Assembly (NCBI GenBank): GCA_965223855.1 | Contig: CBDCXM010000009.1 | Span: forward strand, 1,568,001 to 1,632,000 | DNA from: Candidatus Multivoradales bacterium | Lineage (GTDB): Bacteria; Acidobacteriota; Thermoanaerobaculia; Multivoradales; JAHEKO01 | Direction of reading: 5' to 3' | Length of the DNA stretch: 64,000 nucleotides | Part shown: positions 57,474 to 64,000 of the stretch, piece after piece | Layout: the number at the start of each line of letters is the position of its first letter | Position numbering within the stretch: the stretch's first letter is position 1 | Notes under the pieces: generated by a model | Database searches by the model: none | Seen by the model: the letters and a program-made list of their open reading frames with translations, nothing else | Told to the model about the DNA's origin: nothing | Translations under genes and position numbers: made by a program

Positions 57474-58373
57474 TCAGCCGTAGCTTTCGTGGTGAATCCG
57501 GGCCGCCGGAACGCCGAGATCGTCGAGTGCCGTGAGCACACTCTCGAGGAAACGCGGCTTCGGCTCCTCCCCGGCGTCGCGTGCCGCTTTGCGGTCCCAC
57601 TTGCTGATCCCGGGGCCGCAGGCGAACACCTCGACGGCCCCCGGATCGGTGACGCATTCGGCGAGAAGCGCGGCGTCGATACGCCCCTTCCGGTACTCGG
57701 GACCGTGACGCTCCGGATCGTCCTCACGACTCAGCGCATGGACCACCCGCAGGCGGTCGGGGTAGTCGCGTGCGAGGCGGTCGAGGTCGCGACGGAAGAT
57801 GACCGATTCGCGCTCGCGGTTGCCGTAGACGAAGGTGTGCCGCAGCGCCAGGTCGTTCGCCAGCGCGTGCTTGAGGATGCTGAAGTTGGGGACGACGCCG
57901 GAGCCGGCGCAGACGTGCAGCAGGTGGTCGGTGCGCTCTTCGATGTCCGCCGGCAGCACGTAGGGGCCGCTGAAGCCTGTGACGGTCATCCGCGTGCCGC
58001 GCGGAGTGCGGTGGACCAGCAGCGGCGAGAGCAGCGGCGGGAACTCGGTCACGCCGCTGGTGTAGGCCTCCTCCTTCACCGTGATCGCCAGGTAGTCCTC
58101 ATGGGGCGCGGAGGAGAGCGAGTAGGCGCGCTGCGGCTCCCGCTTGCCCTTGATGTCCTCGAGGTAGGCGATGAAGCGCTCGAGGGCGGGGAACTGGTGC
58201 GGGTCGATGGTGAGGAAGTGCCCCGCCTCGTACTCGAGCTTGTCGTTGCCGGTGAAGAGCAGCAGGGTCGCCGCATCTGGAGTCTCGACGATGACATCGG
58301 CGACCATCACCTCGAGCCTCTTGATCTTCTTGCGTGGCCGTGCCGGCGCGGTCGTTTCCTCGGTTGCGATCAT
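57474..58373 (-). CDS. FAD/NAD(P)-binding ferredoxin-reductase-like oxidoreductase
   Basis: RAYSLSS, AGSGVVP, FACGP, HESYG. Confidence 0.9.
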   Translation of the reverse strand: MIATEETTAPARPRKKIKRLEVMVADVIVETPDAATLLLFTGNDKLEYEAGHFLTIDPHQFPALERFIAYLEDIKGKREPQRAYSLSSAPHEDYLAITVKEEAYTSGVTEFPPLLSPLLVHRTPRGTRMTVTGFSGPYVLPADIEERTDHLLHVCAGSGVVPNFSILKHALANDLALRHTFVYGNRERESVIFRRDLDRLARDYPDRLRVVHALSREDDPERHGPEYRKGRIDAALLAECVTDPGAVEVFACGPGISKWDRKAARDAGEEPKPRFLESVLTALDDLGVPAARIHHESYG

Positions 58374-58556
58374 CGGGTCCTGCCTCCTTCTTCACCTCGG
58401 GCGAGAGGGCACCGCTCAGTCGGTGTGGGACGAGGTTGGCGAAAGCGGGGTTACAGGAGGTTTACGGTGCGGGCGCGAGGTCCGGACTCGCCGGCACCGC
58501 ACGGGCCGCTCGGGGATCGAGCGGGGTGCTATCTTCCGGGCCATGAGGCGGGCGGC

Positions 58557-59924
58557 ATGAAGACGGTTCGAATCGGCAACGGCCAGGGGTTCTGGGGCGA
58601 CAGCGTCGACGCCCCGGTGGAGCTGCTGCGAGGCGGCGAGATCGACTACATCGGCATGGACTATCTGGCCGAGGTGACGCTGTCGATCATGATGCGGCAG
58701 AAGCTCAAGAACCCCGAGATGGGGTACGCCACCGACTTCATCGGCTTCGTCGAGCGAGTGCTGCCGGAGCTGGTGGAGAGGAACGTCCGCATCCTCTGCA
58801 ACGCCGGTGGGCTCAACCCGCACGGTGCCCGCGCGAAGATCTTCGAGGTGGCGAAGAAGCTCGGGGTGAGCGGCTTCAAGGTCGGGGTGGTCGAGGGGGA
58901 CGACATCCTGCCGCGGCTGCCGGAGCTGATCGCGGCAGGCCACGACCTCGCCGACATGGAGAGCGGCGAGCCGATGTCGACCGTCGTCGAGCGGGTGACG
59001 AGCGCCAACGCCTACCTCGGCGCCCGGCCGGTGGTCGAGGCGCTCGACCAGGGCGCGCTGATCGTGCTGTGCGGGCGGGTCACCGACACCGCGCTCGCGC
59101 TCGCGCCGATGGCGCACGAGTTCGGCTGGAGCTTCGACGACTGGGATCTGATGGCGGCGGGCACGGTCGCCGGTCACATCATCGAGTGCGGCGCCCAGTG
59201 CACCGGCGGCAACTTCTCGCGCTGGTGGGAGGTCGAGGACCTGTGGAACGTCGGCTACCCGGTGGTCGAGGCGCACGAGGACGGCACCTTCGTCGTCACC
59301 AAGCACGAGGGGACGGGCGGCATGGTGACCGTCGAGACGGTCTCCGAGCAGCTGCTCTACGAGATGGGGAACCCGGAGGCCTACATCGGCCCCGACTGCG
59401 TCGCCGACTTCACGTCGATCCGCCTCGAGCAGCAGGGCGAAGACCGTGTGCATGTCTCCGGAGTTCGCGGAGCGCCGCGCACGGAGACGCTCAAGATCTC
59501 GGCGTCGTACCTCGAGGGATACAAGGCGAGCGGGCAGCTGACCGTCTCGGGCCCGCGGGCGGTCGAGAAGGCCGAGCTCGCCGCCGAGACGGTGTGGAAG
59601 CGGCTCGAGCGTGCCGGCGTCTCCTTCGAGGAGGCGCAGAAGACGGTCGAGCTGGTCGGCATCGGCGCCTGCCTGCCGGGAATCACGCCGGCGCCCGACG
59701 ATCCGCCGGAAGTGGTGCTGCGGCTCGGGGTCCACGACGGCGACCGGGGGAAGGTCGAGCGCTTCGGCAAGGAGATCGCACCACTCGTGACCAGCGGCCC
59801 GCCCGGCGTCACCGGTTTCGCCGGCGGGCGGCCGAAGCCGCAGCAGGTGGTCGCCTACTGGCCGGCGCTGCTGGCGCGCGACGAGGTCGAACGGCACGTG
59901 ACCGTGGACGTGGAGGAAGCATGA
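58557..59924 (+). CDS. AtuA-family (DUF1446) protein, N-terminal part
   Basis: IGNGQGFWGD, DYLAEVTLSI, NAGG, NAYLG, GRVTD, GHIIECGAQ, EQLLYE. Confidence 0.92.
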   Translation: MKTVRIGNGQGFWGDSVDAPVELLRGGEIDYIGMDYLAEVTLSIMMRQKLKNPEMGYATDFIGFVERVLPELVERNVRILCNAGGLNPHGARAKIFEVAKKLGVSGFKVGVVEGDDILPRLPELIAAGHDLADMESGEPMSTVVERVTSANAYLGARPVVEALDQGALIVLCGRVTDTALALAPMAHEFGWSFDDWDLMAAGTVAGHIIECGAQCTGGNFSRWWEVEDLWNVGYPVVEAHEDGTFVVTKHEGTGGMVTVETVSEQLLYEMGNPEAYIGPDCVADFTSIRLEQQGEDRVHVSGVRGAPRTETLKISASYLEGYKASGQLTVSGPRAVEKAELAAETVWKRLERAGVSFEEAQKTVELVGIGACLPGITPAPDDPPEVVLRLGVHDGDRGKVERFGKEIAPLVTSGPPGVTGFAGGRPKPQQVVAYWPALLARDEVERHVTVDVEEA

Positions 59925-60256
59925 AGGTCCCTCTCTATCGCGTCGCCCACGCCCGCTCGGGCGACAAGGGCGACGGCTCGAACGTCGGTTTGATCGCCGA
60001 CTCGGCCGAGCTCTTCGAGGCGATCGCGCCGCAGTTGACGGCCGAAGCGGTCAAGGAGCACTTCCGCGAGGTGTGCAAGGGGGAGGTCGAGCGCTTCGAG
60101 GTGCCGAACCTCCATGCGCTCAACTTCCTGCTCCACGACTCGCTCGGCGGCGGCGGCACCGAGAGCCAGAAGACCGACGCCCAGGGCAAGACCCACGGGC
60201 AGGGGCTGTTGACGATGCTGGTCGAGGTGCCGGACCACCTCGTGCCTTCCCGCTGA
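59921..60256 (+). CDS. AtuA C-terminal-domain-like protein
   Basis: ATGA overlap; HARSGDKG..NVG, LGGGG...DAQGK. Confidence 0.9.
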   Translation: MKVPLYRVAHARSGDKGDGSNVGLIADSAELFEAIAPQLTAEAVKEHFREVCKGEVERFEVPNLHALNFLLHDSLGGGGTESQKTDAQGKTHGQGLLTMLVEVPDHLVPSR

Positions 60257-60292
60257 GCACCCACCTGATGAGCACCCACCCGATGAGCACCG
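60254..60292 (+). repeat. 15-bp tandem repeats spanning a stop/start junction
   Basis: TGAGCACCCACCTGA TGAGCACCCACCCGA TGAGCACC. Confidence 0.85.
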
Positions 60293-61074
60293 AGCTGTTG
60301 CTCCAGGAGCGGCGCGGCGACCTGCTGTGGCTGACGCTGAACGACCCGCAGCGGGCGAATGCGCTGCGCCCCGAGCTGACGGCGGCGCTGACCGAGTGTT
60401 ACTCGAAGGACTGGCGCGCCGAAGGGGTGAGAGGAGTCGTCCTCACCGCGGCGGGGAAGAACTTCTCGGCCGGCGCCGACCTCGAGAACCTGCGCAAGAT
60501 CGCCGACAGCGACCTCGAGGCGAACAGGCGGGACTCGGCGGCGCTGCGAGGCCTCTTCGAGTCGATCCTGCGCCAGGAAGCGCTGACGGTGGCGCTGGTG
60601 CAAGGCGCCTGCGTCGCCGGCGGCTGCGGCCTGGCGACGGCGTGCGACTTCGTGATCGCCGGCGAGGGGGCGCGGTTCCTCTACAGCGAGGTCAAGATCG
60701 GCTTCGTCGCGGCGCTGGTGGCGACCTACCTGCCGCTCCGGGTACGGGGCTCCGACCTGCGCGAGCTGCTGCTGGCGCCGGAGTTCGTCGGTGCTGAGCG
60801 AGGCCGGGAGCTAGGGGTGGTGAACCGCGTCGTGGCGGACGACGCGTTGGCCGAAGAAGGGCAGGCGTTTGCGGAGAAGGTGCTGCGAAACGCCAGCTCG
60901 GAGTCGATCGCGCGCACCAAGCGGCTGATCCTCGACATGGTCGGCAGGCCGCTCTCCGAGCGTCTCGACATGGCGGCGGAGGTCAATGCGCAGTCGCGGC
61001 TGACGGCGGACTGCCGGCGGGGGGTGGAGACGTTCCTCTCCGAGAAGCGGACTCCGGACTGGAGCGACTCGTAG
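60283..61074 (+). CDS. Enoyl-CoA hydratase/isomerase (methylglutaconyl-CoA hydratase-like)
   Basis: FSAGADL, AGGCGLATACD, SEVKIG. Confidence 0.93.
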   Translation: MSTELLLQERRGDLLWLTLNDPQRANALRPELTAALTECYSKDWRAEGVRGVVLTAAGKNFSAGADLENLRKIADSDLEANRRDSAALRGLFESILRQEALTVALVQGACVAGGCGLATACDFVIAGEGARFLYSEVKIGFVAALVATYLPLRVRGSDLRELLLAPEFVGAERGRELGVVNRVVADDALAEEGQAFAEKVLRNASSESIARTKRLILDMVGRPLSERLDMAAEVNAQSRLTADCRRGVETFLSEKRTPDWSDS

Positions 61075-61310
61075 TCAGTACCGGCTCAGGTCGGGCGGGT
61101 TAGGTAGGACCCGGCCCGCAACTCGAGCCACCGACGGCGCCAAGGGGGACGTCGCGCGTACTCGGTCATTGTGTGGTCAGCGCGCGCTCGCACGGCGTCG
61201 CCATGGACAGCCGAGGTGATGGGAGGGTGTCGACGGCTCGCCGTGAGCCCCCTTGGTCGCCGTCGGTGGCTCGAGCAGCGGGCCTGGCGGGCGCTGCCTC
61301 GCTGAGAGTT

Positions 61311-61336
61311 TGAACCCGCGTCGGACATCGACGACT
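61311..61336 (+). promoter_or_regulatory. Possible autoregulatory ECF promoter
   Basis: TGAACC-N15-CGACT just upstream of the ECF gene. Confidence 0.35.
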
Positions 61337-61351
61337 GTAGAAGGTAGAGAC

Positions 61352-61915
61352 ATGACGACTCGATCGGACAGGGTTCTCGAGGAGCTGCTGGTTCTTCGCT
61401 CTCAAAGCGGCGATCGCGCCGCGTTCGATCGGCTCGTCGAGCTCTGGCATCCACGGCTCCTGCGGCTCGCTCGGCGGTTGACGCGGAGCGACGCCGCCGA
61501 CGGGGTCGTGCAGGAGGCGTGGCTCGCGATCGTCCGGGGGTTGTCGAAGCTGAAGGACCCCGCTCTGTTCGGCCCGTGGGCGTTGCGCATCGTCTCGTTC
61601 AAGAGCGCCGACTGGGTGCGCGGACGCCAGCGCGGCCGGAAGCTGCGCGCGGAGGTGGCCGCGGAGCCGAGCGCGGAAGCCGTGGAAGCCGACCCGGACG
61701 ACGAGGCTTCCGAGCCCGCCGACGATCTTGCCAGACTGCGAGGGCGGCTCGGGAAGCTGCCGGCGCGCCAGCGTGTGGTGCTCGAGATGCACTACCTCGA
61801 GGAGCTGCCGGTCGCTCGGATCGCCGCCGTCCTCGGCATCCCGGCGGGAACGGTCAAGTCCCGCCTGTTCCACGCCCGCAAGCAGTTGCGGGCCTCTCTG
61901 GAGGAAGCGAAATGA
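61352..61915 (+). CDS. ECF sigma factor
   Basis: GDRAAFDRL, VQEAW, region-4 IAAVLGIPAGTVKSRL. Confidence 0.93.
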   Translation: MTTRSDRVLEELLVLRSQSGDRAAFDRLVELWHPRLLRLARRLTRSDAADGVVQEAWLAIVRGLSKLKDPALFGPWALRIVSFKSADWVRGRQRGRKLRAEVAAEPSAEAVEADPDDEASEPADDLARLRGRLGKLPARQRVVLEMHYLEELPVARIAAVLGIPAGTVKSRLFHARKQLRASLEEAK

Positions 61916-62295
61916 AGAAGCAAAAGATTGACTCTCTGATCCGCGAAGCGCTGGGACAGGAGCACCAGGAGTTCCTCGATTCACTCGACGAGCCCGGACT
62001 GTCCGAGCAGGTCACCTCACTCTTCAGAGGGCGGTGGCGCTTTCTGAATGCGATCAGCATGGTCTGCATGCTGGCGCTCTTCATTGGCGCGGTCTTCTGC
62101 CTGACCCGGTTCCTGGGGACCGACTCCGTGCCGGAGATGCTGCGCTGGGGCGCCGCGATGGCCGCCTGCTGGTTCGGCGTCGGCTTCCTGAAGCTGTGGG
62201 CGTGGCTCGAGCTGGAGCGTCACGCGGTGACGCGAGAGATCAAGCGCCTGGAGCTCCAGATCGTTCATCTCGGGTCGCGGTTGGAGCGGAGCTGA
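61912..62295 (+). CDS. 2-TM putative anti-sigma partner (DUF6768-like)
   Basis: ATGA overlap with sigma; IDSLIREAL, KLWAW, REIKRLELQI. Confidence 0.8.
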   Translation: MKKQKIDSLIREALGQEHQEFLDSLDEPGLSEQVTSLFRGRWRFLNAISMVCMLALFIGAVFCLTRFLGTDSVPEMLRWGAAMAACWFGVGFLKLWAWLELERHAVTREIKRLELQIVHLGSRLERS

Positions 62296-62346
62296 GGAGG
62301 AGGTGAGGAGAGCTGAGGAGGGAAGTCTCGAGATGGAGGTCGGAGG

Positions 62347-64000
62347 TCAGACGACCCGCTCGAGCCTCGCCGGCACGTGCTTGTGCCAGGGCGTGCCGGC
62401 GAGGAAGTCGCGGCTGGCGGCGTCGGTGAACTCGTTCGGGGGTACGCCGCGCCGCGCGGTCTTTCCCTGGGCGTCGGTGTAGTCGACCCCCGTGCCGTTG
62501 GGGAGCGAGATGTGCCCGGGCGCCATGCGGTCGCTGACTTCGACGGTGACCTCGGAGCTGGCGCGGCTCGTGACGAGACGCAGCACGTCGCCGGTGTCGC
62601 AGCCGATCGCGGCGGCGTCCTGGGGGCTGATCCTCAAGCCGGCGTAGAGGCCGTCGCGGTGCCAGGCGGTGTCGCGCACCGCGGTGTTGGCGGTGTCGCT
62701 TCGGCGCTCGCCGGCGGAGAGCACCAGCGGGAACTCGTCGCTGCGGCCGGGCGGTTCGCTCAGTGCCGCGGCGAGACCGTCGAGCAGCTCGGGGATCGCC
62801 AGTTGGATGCGGTGGTCCGGGTGGCGGATCGCCGTGCGGCTTTCGTCGTAGGTGCTCTTCGAGTAGATGACACCGGAAGGATTGTCGAGGAGCGCACGGA
62901 ACAGGCGGTTGGCGGCCACCGGCCTCGGGCCGCCGAAGCCGGCGCGCTTCGCCTGGCGTGGAAAGCTGCGGACGTAGTTGAGGCAGAAGCCCCAGACGAC
63001 CGCGGCCATCTCCATCCCCGGCGGGAGGCTCGGCCCGAGGGTTCGGTAGAGGAGCGGGCCGGCGTAGCGCATCAGAGAGGGGCGGCGGGCGAGCTTCGCG
63101 GCGAAGACGGCGGTGAAGGGGGTGAGCCCGAGCCGGGCGGCACGTCGCAGGGCGCGGTAGTCGCGCTCGCCGAGCTCGCCCATCGCCTCGAGGAGCCGGC
63201 AGACGATCTCCCCTTCGTCGAGGGTGCCTTCGAGCGGCGCGAAGACGGGCGGGCGCAGGTGGAACGCGTTGTCGGGGTGCTCGAGGTTGAAGAAGGTCGC
63301 CTCCGCCTTCTCGTACTGGCTCGACGACGGCAGGACATAGTCGGCCTGGCGTGCGGTCTCGGTCATCGCGACGTCGATCACGACCGAGAACTCCAGCGCG
63401 CGCATCGCCTCGCGCATCCGCTGGCTGTCGGCGAGCGAGTGCACCGGGTTGCCGCTCTGGACGATCATCGCCCGGTAGCGGTCGGGGTGATCGGTGAGGA
63501 TCTCCTCCGGGATGACGTTGCACGGGATGAGGCCGATGATGATCTTCGCCTCCGCCACCGGGCTGGTGCCGGGCGTCGGCTTGCGCTTGCCGGTGTGGCC
63601 CCGGCTCGCCTTGCCGAGAGAGAAGAACGGCACGAAGGCGTTGCTGGTGCCCTTGCGACCGTAGTGGCCGGTGAGCAACCACACGAGGCGTTGGAGGTAG
63701 CTGACGAGAGTCGAGTGAACCGACATCTGGATGCCGAGGTCCTCGGCGAACGAGACGCTGCCCGCGTGAGCGATGCGCCCGGTCACTTCGCGGATCAGCG
63801 CCTCGTCGACGCCGCAGATCTCGGCACATTCGGCCACAGAGACCCCCGAGAGCGCTGCGCGAACCTCCTCGAAACCGGTCGTGTGCTCGGCGAGCCAGTC
63901 CTGCTTCACCCAACCCTCTTCCAGGATCGTGGCGATCATCGCCGCGATCAGCCAGGCGTCGGTGCCCGGCCTTACCGCCAGGTGATAGTCGGCCCGCTCG
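62347..64000 (-). CDS. Molybdopterin-dependent oxidoreductase, 3' part; starts beyond the window
   Basis: GNPVHSL, DVAMTETARQADYVLP, LSAGERR, TPWHKHVP. Confidence 0.9.
   Translation of the reverse strand, partial: ERADYHLAVRPGTDAWLIAAMIATILEEGWVKQDWLAEHTTGFEEVRAALSGVSVAECAEICGVDEALIREVTGRIAHAGSVSFAEDLGIQMSVHSTLVSYLQRLVWLLTGHYGRKGTSNAFVPFFSLGKASRGHTGKRKPTPGTSPVAEAKIIIGLIPCNVIPEEILTDHPDRYRAMIVQSGNPVHSLADSQRMREAMRALEFSVVIDVAMTETARQADYVLPSSSQYEKAEATFFNLEHPDNAFHLRPPVFAPLEGTLDEGEIVCRLLEAMGELGERDYRALRRAARLGLTPFTAVFAAKLARRPSLMRYAGPLLYRTLGPSLPPGMEMAAVVWGFCLNYVRSFPRQAKRAGFGGPRPVAANRLFRALLDNPSGVIYSKSTYDESRTAIRHPDHRIQLAIPELLDGLAAALSEPPGRSDEFPLVLSAGERRSDTANTAVRDTAWHRDGLYAGLRISPQDAAAIGCDTGDVLRLVTSRASSEVTVEVSDRMAPGHISLPNGTGVDYTDAQGKTARRGVPPNEFTDAASRDFLAGTPWHKHVPARLERVV

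Overview
GC-rich bacterial DNA, probably Acidobacteriota of the Thermoanaerobaculia type (inferred from the acidobacterial-type VWA protein, the sigma/CHAT module and C-terminal DGFESGDxSAWS tails). The window has two parts. (1) About 380-28,860 is an accessory island with visibly relaxed codon usage. It holds an ECF sigma/anti-sigma pair divergent from a lipoprotein-like TPR-CHAT (caspase-like) protease, a co-oriented block with a V8-like and an S8 protease plus a stand-alone propeptide-like protein, many orphan secreted or membrane genes, and one intact RAYT-like HUH (Y1) transposase. A ~27-bp end motif of that transposase recurs at least 8 times from 429 to 25,655, along with three deleted transposase remnants, interleaved with the orphan genes like a cassette array. 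(2) About 28,860-64,000 is core genome: a class Ic (tyrosyl-radical-free) ribonucleotide reductase with tandem NrdR boxes, a YhaM-like nuclease, a VWA protein, an ATPase-TPR protein, xseAB, a rhomboid, moeB/moaD/moaE, an acyl-CoA carboxylase/AtuA/enoyl-CoA hydratase set, a second ECF pair and a truncated molybdopterin oxidoreductase. The best novel-system candidates are the HUH-transposase/end-motif cassette array (with a strand-biased, C-depleted tract in the flanking nrdB 3' end) and the CHAT-protease/anti-sigma/sigma module. No rRNA, tRNA or CRISPR array was recognised. All identities were counted by hand and no database search was run.
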